From Octopus vulgaris (taxonomy: Eukaryota): a stretch of 64,000 nucleotides of DNA. The notes under the pieces are model-generated. The model was given only the letters and a program-made list of their open reading frames with translations, did not search any database and was not told the DNA's origin. Shown here piece after piece: positions 12,250 through 25,500 of the stretch (its first letter is position 1; each line of letters begins with the position of its first letter). The stretch covers positions 9,114,001 through 9,178,000 of the forward strand of contig OX597826.1 of NCBI GenBank assembly GCA_951406725.2. Direction: 5' to 3'. The position numbers were made by a program, and so were the translations under genes.

Positions 12250-12250
<1 letters not shown>

Positions 12251-13133
12251 TGATGTGGTATCAAAAGGCTCCCAAACTATTTATGCTTAATAAAAAATAA
12301 TTTATTTACCGAAGTTTTAATGTCATCTCCTTTGAAATAGTCACCCTGCATAGCAATCCACTGGTCCCAACATTTCTGTTAATTTTGGAATCCAGGCTGG
12401 AAGTCCTTTTCCATAAGCAAGTTGAGGACCTTCTGCAGTTTGCTCTTGAGTTTGACAATGATGTTAAAACGGCAACCTTTGAGCTGCATTTTCATCTTGG
12501 GGAATAGATGGAAGTCTGCAGGTGCTAAATCTGGCAAATAGGGTGGGTGTGGAGGCAATACCATGTCATTCTTGGCGAAAAACTCACAAATGAGGAGAGC
12601 TCAGTGACAGGGTACATTGTTGTCATGAAGAATCCCAATTCATTGGGCTTCACAGATTGTCACTTTTACTGAATGTCCTCCCTCGGATGTTTCAAAATAT
12701 CACAGTAGAACTCCCAATTGACAGTCTGGCCCTGGGGGATAAATTCTCAGTGCATAATACTACGTTTCTGGGGGTGACGTTCATGACAGGTCTTCCAGAT
12801 CACTCATTATCTTCTGGGGATGCTCTTTTGCTTTTGAAGTGTCTGTGCCACTTGAAACATTGTGTACGACCAATTGTCTTATCACCATAATCTTGCCGAA
12901 GCATGCTCAATGTTTCAGTAGCAGACTTCCCAAGTTTACCGCAAAATTTCATTTTGGCTCTTTGTTCCTGTCCATGACAAAACTGCTGACTACACACCAT
13001 ATGCATAATAACAAAAGCACAAATTTAACAACTTGCAAAGTAAACTCAACAATGTCACTCGGCACACTAGTCTTGTGCTGCCATCTGTTGGCACACTACA
13101 GAAATAGTGCAAGAACTTTTTGATGCCACCTCA
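12250..13133 (-). mobile_element. Internally deleted mariner (DD34D) transposon
   Basis: TIRs tgatgtggtatcaaaaggctcc and rc tgaggtggcatcaaaaagttct. N-terminal EQRAKMKFCGKLGKSATETLSML and C-terminal HPPYLPDLAPADFHLFPKMK. Confidence 0.9.
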
Positions 13134-13146
13134 TATATATATATAT

Positions 13147-13322
13147 ATATATATATTTATTTATAAGGTGTGGCTGTGTGGTAAGAAGTTTACTTCCCAA
13201 CCTCATGGCTCCGGGTTCAGTCCCACTGTGTGGTACCTTGGGCAAGTGTCTTCTACTATAGCTTCTGGCTAACCAAAGTCTTGTGAGTGGATTTGATTGA
13301 CGGAAACTGAAAGAAGCCCATC

Positions 13323-13361
<39 letters not shown>

Positions 13362-13597
13362 GTGTGTGTGTGTGTGTATGTACCTATATATGTCTGTGTC
13401 TGTCTCCTACCATCACTTGACAACTGATGTTGGTGTGTTTACACCCCTATAACTTAGTGGTTTGGCAAAAGAGACCGATACAATAAGTAGTGGGCTTACA
13501 AAGAATAAGTCCTGGGGTTGATTCTTTTGACTAAAGGCAGTCCTCCAGCTTAGCCGCAATCAAATGACTGAAACAAGTAAAAGAATAAAAGAATATA
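13147..13597 (+). mobile_element. Full-length SINE family A
   Basis: End-to-end match to 29975-30380, with internal (TA)n(TG)n. Confidence 0.85.
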
Positions 13598-13609
13598 TCT
13601 TTCTATCTA

Positions 13610-13654
<45 letters not shown>

Positions 13655-13656
<2 letters not shown>

Positions 13657-13880
13657 TCATCATCATCATCGTTTAACGTCCGTTTTCTGCGCCAGCACGG
13701 GTTGGAGGGTTCGACCGGGGTCTAGGAAGCCAGGGGCTGCTCCAGGCTCCAGTCTTATCTGGCAGAGTTTCTATGGCTGGATGCCCTTCCCAACGTCAAC
13801 CACTCCGCGAGTGTAGTGGGTGCTTTTTACGTGCCACCTGCACAGTAGCCAGGGGGTGTCCGGCATCGGCCGCGATCGGT
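13655..13880 (-). mobile_element. SINE family B (young, CpG-rich)
   Basis: catcatcgtttaacgtccgttttc..gggttgga..ggctggatgcccttcc. Confidence 0.8.
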
Positions 13881-14262
13881 TGGTATGAAGTTTGCTTCCC
13901 AGCCATCTGGTTTCAGGATCAGTTCCACTGCATGGCACCTAGGACAAGTGTCATCTGTTATAGCCCTTGGTTGACCAAACCCTTGTGAGTGGATTTCATT
14001 GACAGAAACAGAGAAGCCTGTCGTGTGTGTGTGTGGATGTGTCCCTGTCTTGACATCATGTGGTAGTTGTAAATGAGTGTCACTGTCATGCAAGCAGTGT
14101 CCTTCATCTCCAATCTTCCATGAAGACATGTCTTAGCCTGGGAGAAATGTTACCTTACTTGGAAACAGGTGAGGGTTGGCAACAGGATGGACATCAAGCC
14201 ATAGAAAATCTGCCTCAACAAATTCTTCATAGAAAAGTGATCATTAAAACAATGATGATGAT
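13880..14262 (+). mobile_element. SINE with family A head and alternative 3' end, (ATG)n tail
   Basis: Family A core followed by accttacttggaaacaggtgagggttggcaacagga.., a motif also seen near 23650, 28920 and reversed at 63530. Confidence 0.65.
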
Positions 14263-14722
14263 GTTCTTGTTTAACTCCAGGTCATTTCTAACTGTGCACT
14301 CTTCTGGCTGTCTTTGTTTCTCTGTGTTTTCTTCTTTTCTTCTAGTTATGACCATCACATCTTTATTTAGCCATTGAATATTTGTGGGCATTTTTATCCT
14401 CAGATGTCTATCTGTTTCTGACACATTAGGTTGTAATCTGAGGGGATTTGGCTGCTCTTACTATCAATTTATTTTTACACTAAAAGAGGGAGGATCTGCA
14501 ACTATGTGGAAGTTCTCTTGTTTCATAAAACATATCCTGTAAAATCTATATATTTTCATACAATGAAAAATAAACTATTTGATAGTTTAATGAAAAAAAT
14601 ACAAAACATGAAGTTAATAATCTAATTAAATTTTTAATTTTCAATAATTAATTTAAGGAATCTATAAATTGCTATAAATCTATAAATTAGTTGCGGCAAT
14701 AAATAGCGCAGACAATATTATA

Positions 14723-14852
14723 TCCCTCCCTCACATGCCCTCTCCCTCCCTCTCATGCCCTCTCCCCCCCTCACATGCCCTCTCCCTCCTCCTCATGCCC
14801 TCTCCCTCCCTCTCATGCCCTCTCCCTCCCTCCTCATGCCCTCTCCCTCCTC
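14723..14852. repeat. Minisatellite, ~21-23 bp unit (CCCTCCCTCTCATGCCCTCT), about 6 copies
   Basis: Recurrent catgccctctccc at 14733, 14755, 14774, 14794, 14814 and 14835. Confidence 0.85.
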
Positions 14853-14944
14853 TTCCATTCTCTTGTTAGTGAAACAATAGCCATGCCAAAGCAAAACTAA
14901 GTTGAATAAGATTAAGAAGGTACACTCATTTGATCCTTAGTGCT

Positions 14945-17700
14945 TGTTATTGTTTATCCTCTATCAGCTCTGACCAAGCAGGCTTATTCTAGATGTGATC
15001 ATTCCATCTTTTATTCAAACAATATATCTAAAATTATCCATGTTATTCTATATTATCCATTGTATCATTTCTTTTGTTGGAAAGTAGAGTTTGATTTGGG
15101 ATAGATTAGGTTGTTATTTCTAGTAAGTAACTGCATAGAGGCTCCTTCATTGCCTTATCTTACCAGTTGTATTGGTTATCTGCAGCATTGCAAGTTCTTG
15201 ATCACTAAGACATTACTGCACCGTTCTTTGCTTATAATATTTCCCAAGAGCACAACTGCTGAAGAGAATCTATCAGTGGAAGATGTTTAACAACCATTCC
15301 AAGTTTCATGTCTGTAGAAAAAAACAAAAACTGTCATTTAGCAATCATCAAATGGATTTGAAAATTAAGAACCATCATTTTAAATCCATCTTATGATTGC
15401 TAGGATTAACACTACAGGAGCCTGTACTGTAAACTATTACATAATTATCTTCTTCAGACATTGGTCTGTGACTGGTTATTCTCTCATCGGACACTAATAT
15501 ATTCCAGTTAGTTTTCTCGTGATTGGTACCAGTATGAGGAATTTTTCTGGCTGACAACTTTCAGTTCTTGCTTCTACATTTCATTGATCTCTTAATTTGA
15601 ATTAAGACAACATATCTGGAGCCTGGAGCTTATCAATTATATTCAGACTGGTACTTCACTTGTTTGTACTCTATTGACCCTGGGTGAATGAAAGGTACAA
15701 AGTTGACCTCAGCTGGATTTGAACTTAGAATCTAAAAGGCTATGATTATATAGTTCAAAGCTTTTTGTTGGGTACTCTTAACATGTCTGTTTAGCTACTT
15801 TGTCGTACAACAGGCAAGAAACAAATAATACAAGCCAGTAAGGGTGCCTCTGCATAGTTACTCAACCTGCTAGAAGTAGCAGCTAAAACAGTATTAAACC
15901 AAATTCTGCCACCTCTAAAAAGGACACACTGGATAATGTTGTCCAATGTTCATTATTCTTGTCTAAAAAGTGGAATGGTCATCGCTTAAAACATTACCAT
16001 TTTTAGAAGACATACATGGGTTAATGTAGTCCATGTATAAAGTGGGAGGAATCAACATGTGAATTTCTGCACTTCTTTGACTTGCTAGAAATTTCTCACT
16101 GCTGAGTTTAACTCCTATGAGAATAGTTTTAGAGATTCACGGTTTCTGGTAAGCCAAGTTACCATAGTTATAGAGTACATAAGGTTAAAGTATTAATTGA
16201 TGCCCAAATAACTCTACAAATAACAGGAATCATCCTTAACATTTTTACCACTTCTTTTGTCTGCATTTCCTCTCAAGAGGGCATCTATGTGGTCTCCTAT
16301 GTTGCTAAAAATAACAACTAATTATCCTTCAAATTTCACTGTGCTAAAAGGTAAGACAAGAAGACGCACAGTTATCTATGAGTTTGGAGTGTTTGTTGTT
16401 TAGCCCAAGGTGAGTCACAAACAAACAGTCCTATCATCAAATCATTCCAGTCATGACTATCCCAACTTATTTTCAGGCAAAATGTATCTAAGGTTACAAT
16501 ATCTAATGTGTCTTTCTTTTTTTTGAGATTGAAGGTTATGATCTGTAGCTGTTATTCCTTGCAGGTTAAATGACTTTATAGAATTCTAGCAGGTGTGAGT
16601 GTCTATGCAACTGTTGCACTGTCACTATATGTCAAATATATGTTCATATAAGGTAGCATCCCAGCATTGTTGATATTAAATTTATTATGGATGTGATTGT
16701 TATTGTTTAACATTTAGTCAAATCAAATTGCATTCCATTCATGACCATCTCATCTTGGCATCATATATCTAAAACTATGATATATTCTTAAAGATCGTCT
16801 TTTATTAAGTTGTTGGATTTAATGTTTTGCGGCATTTTGTCTGTCCTTAGGTTCTGAGTTTAAATTCCACCGAGCATGACTTTGCCTTTCATTTTTCAGG
16901 GTCAATGGAATAAGTTCCAGTTGAGCACTGGAGTCGATGTAATTGGCTAGCCCCTGTCCCCCAAAGTTTCAGGCCTTGTGGCTAAAGTAGTTGGATGGGA
17001 CTTGAGGGAAATTGCTGCCATATCTAGCTGTTATGGCAGCAGCAAATTGGCAATTAGATAGAATGGCTGTATTGTGGTATTCATTTTGGCTGTGTGTTTT
17101 GATTTCATATTTGCTGGGATTAACTTTGCTTTTCATCCTTTCAAGGGTTGATAAAGTACCATTTCAGTGAGGTGTGTGTGTGTGGGGGGGTGTTAGAGCA
17201 TTGGATAAGATGCATTGTGGTATGTGTTGCAGTTTGTTATGTTCTGAGTTCACATTTCACCTTATTTGCTGATAGCCAGGGCTAATGAATTGACCATGAG
17301 AGCACCCCATGGAACCTTCAATTGGCCAGCATGCACAGATAGACCTACAACCAGCATAGATAAGCTGGCAATGACATGATGAGGCTTTCATTCAGCAACA
17401 GATTAACAATAGCTGTAAAGTAGTATCTAACAAGTCATGTGACCATATAGATCGCTTGTTGGTTCTTTATTGTTGTTTGACCTCAGATCAGACCTCGATC
17501 AAGTACATTTATGGTCAAAAACAAATTAACTTTGCATGACCATCTTGTTTTTTATATTTTATTTTTTTCCTGCTTATGTGTAGTACCCAGGATATATTAT
17601 CAAATGTGCTCCTTCTTTTCATTAAGGCTGTAGGGAGCAGTTTGAGGGAATATTTGGTTGCTATTTCTAGCAGGTTCAGTGACTATGCAGACGCTCCTTT
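14945..17700. mobile_element. Cluster of ancient SINE-like repeats (family E) and family C copies
   Basis: Recurrent gttgtttagcccc..gacctatgatcaa..ttccag.tgtgaccatcc..gtatcta..gatttgagg..gctatttctagcag motif. Also at ~24060, 33230-33630, 34395, 35900-36900, 41610 and 44165. Confidence 0.6.
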
Positions 17701-18286
17701 GCAGGCTTCTGCTGAATGTCATATCTTAAATTTCTACCCCCACCCATTGCAATCAAAGACTTCATGTTTAAGTAACTAATTCTTACAACTGGTTTATTGT
17801 TATGTCACGTCATTGTTGCTTTTGTTGTCACCGATATTATTGTTACTATCATCATTGCTATTGTTGTTGTTCTTCTTCATATTGTCATCATTGTTGGTTG
17901 TTGAGCCATCTTTTTTTTTCTTCTTTCCATTGTTGTTGTCAATGATGATATGTTAATACTTGTAATAGTAGTAGTAGTAATAGTTGTTGGTATGTCACTG
18001 TTGTAGCTATTGCTTGGTAGCTTTCGGTAAATTTGAAAGTGATAATAATTTGTCACTGACAGACAGTATTCCAATTAAATACCATTTGAGTTTGTCTCAT
18101 GTTAACAGTAAATCCTCATTCAACTGACATTTCTTATATGACGTGAATACTTTTCATTTACGCTACTACTCTCTTTAATTGAACAAAACTATTTCTTCCC
18201 CCCCTCTCTCTCTCCCCCTTGCTTGCTCACCATGTATCCTGCTCTTTTTATTTTATTCATGCATTTAAATGTGTGCGAAGCAAATT

Positions 18287-18320
<34 letters not shown>

Positions 18321-18537
18321 CGCACACATATATGCACACATGCACACATATATACACATATATATGCACACATACACATACACACACACATATATATATG
18401 CACACACGCATATACATATTAATATATACATACATATACATACATACACATATATATGCATAAACACACATATATGCATACATATATTTGATGATAGCTG
18501 CTGCTTTTTAGAATATTGTCATACTGCATATATGTAG

Positions 18538-18584
<47 letters not shown>

Positions 18585-18785
18585 TTCTACTTCTTTGAGA
18601 ATATTGCCATACATATATAAATATATATATATACACACATATATTTCACTATAGTAGTATTTGTTAACCTACTGTTTTATGACTTAAATTTTCCTGTCTG
18701 TGGCAAAAATTTTGCATATAGCAATCATCAGAATGATTTTTGAAATGTAGGTTCTTAATTTTCAAATCCGCTTGATAATTGCTAT

Positions 18786-18817
18786 ATGCAAATTTTTTGG
18801 CTAGAAACAGGAAAAAT
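18786..18817 (+). CDS. Candidate short first coding exon MQIFWLETGK, phase 2
   Basis: ATG at 18786, 10 codons plus AT, then donor GTAAGC at 18818. Unique sequence, with a possible acceptor at 18721. No homology recognised. Confidence 0.25.
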
Positions 18818-18900
18818 GTAAGCCATGCAGCAACAGATTACTATGCGGCAATCTACCACATGTAGCGAGTACTCTTTAATTTGCACATGATAACACTTGT

Positions 18901-18946
<46 letters not shown>

Positions 18947-19539
18947 CTGGTAGTGATGAAGCATAGTTAGTATTTTCAGAATTACTCACATACACACACT
19001 CATATATACACACACACACATTTTTGCATACATGATATTTATAATTTTCAAGAAAAAGAGAAGTTTTCCCCAAAGTCATTTGCAATATAAGTGAATCAGT
19101 TCAAACAGACTTATAAATTTGGTTTGCCAAGAATTTATCAATTCGGTATGTCCACTCCCCATCTCTCTCTCTCTATATTTATAACGTGCTTTCTCCGAGT
19201 ATGTGGGTGCATTGCTGATACATTCCTGGCAAACCAAATTTGTGAATCTGTTAGAACTTGTAGCCTAAATATTGCAAACCACTTCAGGGAAAAGGCTTGA
19301 TTATCCGTCATTATTGTCCTTCAACATTGCCTCTATAGAAATGTGCTTGTGTGCTGTTTATGTCCCTAACTATTCCTTTCCTAGTACCATAAAACAAATC
19401 TATCAAACACTTTGATACCCTTGTTTATACCAAATTTGTTTGTTTGGTGAAGAAATTTCTAATTGGTTACTCCAGCTGCCAGAAATATCAACCAAATCTC
19501 TTATTTCAAATCACACATTATCTTTAATCCTTTAGTATA

Positions 19540-19707
19540 GGCGTAGGAGTGGTTGTGTGGTAAGTAGCTTGCTTACCAACCACATGGTTCCGGGTTCAGT
19601 CCCTCTGTGTGGCACCTGGGCAAGTGTCTTCTTCTATAGCCTTGGGCCGACCAAAGCCTTGTGAGTGGATTTGATAGACAGAAACTGAAAGAAGCCTGTC
19701 GTATATA

Positions 19708-19755
<48 letters not shown>

Positions 19756-19845
19756 CGTGTGTATATATGTTTTTGTGTCTGTGTTTGTCCCCCCAACATC
19801 GCTTGACAACTGATGCTGGTGTGTTTACATCCCCGTAACTTAGTG
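19540..19845 (+). mobile_element. SINE family A (3'-truncated)
   Basis: ggcgtaggagtggttgtgtggtaagtagcttgcttaccaaccacatggttccgggttcagtcc. Confidence 0.85.
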
Positions 19846-20507
19846 GAACTGGCTGGTTTGAACATAAAACAGGTAGGATATTTGAGCTGGATATGACCAA
19901 TTTAAATGCTAAAGGGTTAAAAAATCATATGGGCTCTCACAGCTGACACATCTTTCATTCATCAAAACTAAACTGAGGCTAAACAACAAATCCCAATATT
20001 TTGTCATTGATTACTAAGTATCATTTTAAATATTCTTCCTTTTTAGTTTTCTGTTTTGCTTGTTAAACTAATAATGTATACATAAAAAAAAAATGCTTAC
20101 TTAGTGACTTTCTCTTATCAGTACCTGTTAAGGCATTTGAAACATGTCCAGAGATATAGTTCTATACTTTTGAGATGTAACCAATACTTTCAGAAGTGAT
20201 TAAAATAATATCAGCCTTTAAGCTAATGTTTTTTTCTTCACTGCATGATTAAAGTTTTTGTTGCGCTCTGTAAACACTAACTTTATTATACACAAAATAT
20301 AGCTTAGTGAAAATGCTTCAGGGGTATGTTTTGCATACTAAATAGACAGTAAGGTCTCAGATTATTAGTGTGGTTTGTAGATTAAAGCTCCCTACTACAT
20401 ATAACATAAAAACACAAGCAAGAGAAATAAATTGAACAAAATTATTTGAAATTTTTGAAAATAAAGATGATGTTGGAATTGGCTCTTGTCATTAAAGTCA
20501 GCTGTTG

Positions 20508-20546
<39 letters not shown>

Positions 20547-20559
20547 TGTGTACAGTGCT

Positions 20560-20912
20560 CAGTGCAAGATAGGGGTTCCAAACTGATGATGCGAATTCCA
20601 AGTGTGGTCGTACCATAGCTGTATACAGTTTTAAATAGATGGCTGGAGAGCGGCTAACAAAAGACCTGCTGAGTGATGCCAAGACACCCTCGGCCTTCCT
20701 GACAATCTTAGAGATATGCTTTGACCAACGCAAATCACTGCTGACAGTGATGCCTAGGTCACGCTCGCAAGAGGATTTCTTGATATCAGTGTTGTGGAGG
20801 GAGTATGTGAACGCAGGGTTTTTTCTCCCAAAATGCATGGTGGTACACTTGTCCACAGCCAGTTTCAGTTGCCAGTCTGTGATCCATTGCTGCATTGTGT
20901 CTAGGTCTGATT
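20560..20912 (-). mobile_element. CR1-clade LINE ORF2 internal fragment (RT thumb region)
   Basis: Open frame WQLKLAVDKCTTMHFGRKN..ERDLGITVSSDLRWSKHI..LYTAMVRPHLEFASSVWNPY contains hallmark CR1 motifs. Confidence 0.9.
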
Positions 20913-22675
20913 GCTGTTGACAGCATCAGGTGTGTTTTGATTGTATTTGATCATCTCAGGGAAGCATATTGTAATTAGTATAATAGAGAAATGAACCAAA
21001 AGTATTGATATTGAGTTGTATACAATCATCTTAGAGTCTCAAACATTGAGGAAGACACATTGAATAATCTGATCCTGATGTACATCATACTTCTTTTAAA
21101 AAAAAACAGGGATGATCAGGACTAGATTTCCTTTGATCACAGAGGTCTGCTGGATGGGGTTTCACTTCGGGCAGCAACAACTCAGAATAATGAACTCCAT
21201 ATATGGAAAACTGTTGTGAAAAGATCCTAACCACCCCCACATGACCAAAAGTGAACTGATGCATTTCAATAAGTCAGCAGTTGATGGTTCATATTGGATT
21301 ACTGTGTCAGTTTAATATCATACATATGTTTGGTAGAGTACGGAACATGTTCTATGTGAACATAATAATTCTGCGAAAGGTTATTGTAGATAACCATATC
21401 CAAATATTTATATGGGTAATACTATTCCTACACCCTTGTGCAAATCACAAAGGCATCATAACATTATTGGTGATGAGATATTCAAACCCAAAGACATAAC
21501 AAAAACGAAAAAGGATAATTTAGAAGAGGAAAAAAAAATTAGTGCAAGAAGTAAAGGAGGAAAACACCAGACTCATTTCAGTATTATTAGATCTCATCAG
21601 CAGGCAAAGTCTAACCAGATTAGAGAGATTTAGGTTTGCCAGGAGTGAACACTGCATGGTAGAGTAACTTCATAAAATAAATATGTGGGGAAGTACTCAG
21701 GGACTCCTGCAGATAAAAATTTAATAGTAAAGTAGATACTAGCATACTTCACTGAATAAACCAAGGAATTTTAATTCATTAAAATTTCACCCTTTGTGAT
21801 GAGAATTTGGTTAGTTCTGTGTCTGTGACTTAAGTCTACATCACACAGCTGACTACACAGCTGTCTACAGCTATTTAATTACAACCACATTTCACCAATT
21901 TTATTTTTCCTTGATGGTGTTTAAATAGTTTAAATTAAACAGAATTTCCAAAATTGCTGCTGTTCAGTAGTCAACCAGAGGATTAACTGATTAACCATTT
22001 CAAGAAATTTAGCAATGATCATTAATCAACTAATGTGGCAGCAACCAATTTATTTCAAACTCATTTATTTTTCTTATTTTTTCAGTATTTAAAAGCAAAA
22101 ATGTTGTTGTTATTAAATATAAACTAAATGTCAGTTTGGCTTGGTTAAGCAGACGAAGCTAGTTCAGTCCCAGTTGTCAGATAGAATTTCCCTTTGAATC
22201 ATTTGGCTTGTGTTTCCACTATTAGAGCAGAACTGAATGCAAAACATAAAACTACAATGTTTTATCCCTGTATTATTGAAATACTGGTTGAAAAAATAAA
22301 AAAAGTTTGGGGTCTCAGAAAATATTCTCTAGACATTTTGTGTGAAGATCCTAATATAGGTATCAACTTATCTTGACCTTAAGGAGTAGAGAAGAGTGAG
22401 GTTATTTTTTGGAAGGAGAAAGAACTTTTCTGGGTGTCTAATAGAGTTGAATTCATTGAAAAGATATTAGGTGTCCTTCTGGGATTGAAGAATGAAAGGA
22501 GCCATCATGGTAGCAAACAGTGACAATAGCTGTATATGTGAATTTGTGTGTGTGTGTGTGTGAATAAATATGTGTCTATGTGTGAGAGAGGATAGGGAGG
22601 GGATTGCTTTGTTTGTTTTTGTTATTATGACTAAAAAAAAATTTTTTTAATGTATGTTGTTTCTGTGTTCTTCAG

Positions 22676-22797
22676 GGCAATGAAATTTTGATTTGCATAA
22701 TGGAGTAAATATTATTCAAATAAACTGAAATGAGATACACAGTAACTGAATTGTTCCTTATGTATATCTTTCTTGATTTTGGAATTTTACTTGGAAT
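22676..22797 (+). CDS. Candidate exon with ATG at 22730 encoding a hydrophobic, signal-peptide-like N-terminus MRYTVTELFLMYIFLDFGILLG, phase 2
   Basis: Branch-like TGACTAA at 22628, acceptor tttctgtgttcttcAG ending 22675, donor GTGAGT at 22798. Lies in a ~1.3 kb repeat-poor island. Confidence 0.4.
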
Positions 22798-23248
22798 GTG
22801 AGTCGTTCATGGATATTTTACTAAAAGAGAAAGTTACCCTGGGAAGAGAGTAACCACCAGCAACTAAAAGGGTGTGACTATATATATATTCAAGACACAA
22901 TAATAGGCTGTTGATTTTTCTGAATAGAGTAGATAAATTGGCATAAATGTTTTAGTTGGACCTCACACAGAGGGGTGTGAATCTACTATATGAGATTGTA
23001 GATGGAAATTTTGTGGGATAAAGCTAGCAGTTTGGAAAGCAATAGTTTAAGGATGGCCATATTGTTTTTTTCTTCTTAAGCTGTTAGTTGTTCTACACTA
23101 AAGATGGTCGTATAAAAGACTCAGTCCTTAAAAGACAGCTAAGAGCAGTGGTTTTGTTGACATTTTTGAGATTGTGTTGCTCTAAGCAAGTGTTTTGTAC
23201 TATAGCCCCAGGCTGACCAAAGTAGGTTTGGTTGATAGAAACTGAAAT

Positions 23249-23545
23249 TGGGTGCATGGCTTAGTGGTTAGGGTGTTGCACTCATGATATAGCAATCATG
23301 ATTTCAACTCCCAAACTGGATGGTGCATTGTGTTCTTGAGCAAAACACTTCACTCACGTTGCTCTGTGGTCATTTTGACACCTGATGTGTGGTACATTGT
23401 GCATCTGTTCAGACAACATCAATTTGATGGAGAGAATGAGCTAACGTGTAACACAAACACTTGATCACTATAAACAAATCATTTGAGCAGTTTGTTTGGC
23501 AAAAGTTGAATGCTCATACATCATCTTTTACGGGAGAGTCCATCA
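23249..23545 (+). mobile_element. tRNA-derived CORE-like SINE
   Basis: A box gcatggcttagtggttagg, B-box-like ttcaactccc, core tgttcttgagcaaaacactt. Confidence 0.7.
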
Positions 23546-24822
23546 TTACGTGTATGTAAGTGTCCCCTTGTCTTAATTTTGTGTGATTGTTGTAGATGAA
23601 GGGCTTTCATTTCCAATATTTTGTAAAAACATATCTGGCCACTGGGAAATATTACTTTGCTTGGAAACAAATGAGGGTTGGGGATAAGACAAGCATCTGG
23701 TTATAAAGAATCTGCCTTAATAAACTCTGTATGGTCCATATAGGCAAGGATATTACAATAAACTATGATGATGATAATTGGTTGCCTTGTTTTGTCCATC
23801 ATATGAAGAACATTTTTCAAGATGCTTGAGTATTGGTAGGGATTTGCCTTAAATCATATATTTTTTAATCTGTTGGACACTTAGATACTCTTTGCGGTTA
23901 GCTCTGTGCATGGCACACTGTTTAAAATTTACTGGCTTGATGATTCTAAAGTGTGTAAATTTGGATGAGTTCTCACTAGTACTAACATGCTATCTTAAAG
24001 ATAGTGACTTGGCTATGACATGGGCTTTGATATATAGTGATTCGGAATATAGGATAGAGAGAGATTCCAGCTGTGACCATCTCATATTTTTCCTAGGAGC
24101 AGGCAACCCGGGATTATATTAACCAGTTTGTCCTTCTCTAAGATGGTATAGGCTGGATTCTTGAAGATTTGGTGACTATTCCTAGCAGACTGAGAATGAC
24201 TTTGATCATAGTGCTGCTTTTTTGAAAAACAATAAGCAAAAATAGCACACAAACACATCTATAGATAAACAGATAGACATGTGGCCACAGCTGTCTTTTG
24301 CTACTAACTTTGTGTGTGTATGAATGTGTGTATATGTATATATATAAATGTATACTTTGATGGAAACAAAAATATACATATATACAACATATATTTACAC
24401 TCATACCAGCTTGTATGTGGATGTACACACACATACAGATTTTAAAGGCTAGCAACATCATCAATATTGTTTGTATTATGGCAACATACAGAATTCATTT
24501 AAGTCTGTTATCACCAACCTGCTATTCCAGGAGAGAAATGACCTTAGTTCACATGTGCACATGCATTAAAAAAGAGGGTGAGGGGAACGGAAAATAAATT
24601 CTTTGTTGATATATGCATGCCATGGGGAAAAGAGAATCTTGGAGAAGGAGAGGTTTGCTCAGACATCAAGTTTCTCATCTCCCTGTGGCATATGAACTTT
24701 TCCAAATTTTCAGATTTATATTAAGAAACTTACCAACCCAGGATATCATCCCAATTTCTCATTTTTTAGAGTCTATAAATACAAATTTATTTATACCCCA
24801 CCTCCAAAAGGTAACAATATAC

Positions 24823-24863
<41 letters not shown>

Positions 24864-24976
24864 TATGTATGTATGTATGTATGTATGTATGTATGCATGC
24901 ATGCATGCATGCCGGCTGGCCGGCCGGCCTGCAAATGTAGTATGTGCGTATTTTTGTATGTGTCTAAGTGTATCGG

Positions 24977-25500
24977 CATCATCATTTAGGATCCGCTTTC
25001 CATCCTGGTTTGATTGGAGCTGGTAAGCCAGAGAGCTACACCAAGCTCCAATCTGTTTTGACTTGGTTTCTACAGCTGGATACCCTTTCTAACACCAACC
25101 ATTCTATGGAGTGTATTGGGTGTCTTTTATTTGTCCTCAGTACAGGTGCCTTTTATGTGTCACAAACACGAGTGCCCTTCATGTGTCACAAACACGAGTG
25201 CCTCACACGTGTCACCAACCCTGGCCATAACTACTGTTTTACTTAGTTTGACATGTCTTCTCAGATATATATATCATCATCATTGTTTAACATCCATCTT
25301 CCATGAATACAGTAAGACTATTGACAGGATCTGGCCAGGTAAAAAAAATACTACCCTAGGCTACTCTGTCTGTTTTGACAGGGATTTTATTGCTGGATGC
25401 CCTTCCTAACACCAACCACTCTATAGAGTGGCCTCAGTGCTTTTTATGTGGCCCTAGCACAGGTGAGGTTAGTTTTGGCATGATTTTTACAGCTATATGT
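24977..25500 (-). mobile_element. Two SINE family B copies with an internal 27-bp tandem repeat
   Basis: catcatcatttaggatccgctttccat..; unit gtgcc..atgtgtcacaaacacga x3 at 25146-25220. Confidence 0.65.

Noticed and set aside
21180-21720. Possible DIRS/LTR RNase H relic on the minus strand
   Set aside because: Only a vague DAS..G.GG-like resemblance across frameshifts; not supportable without a search.
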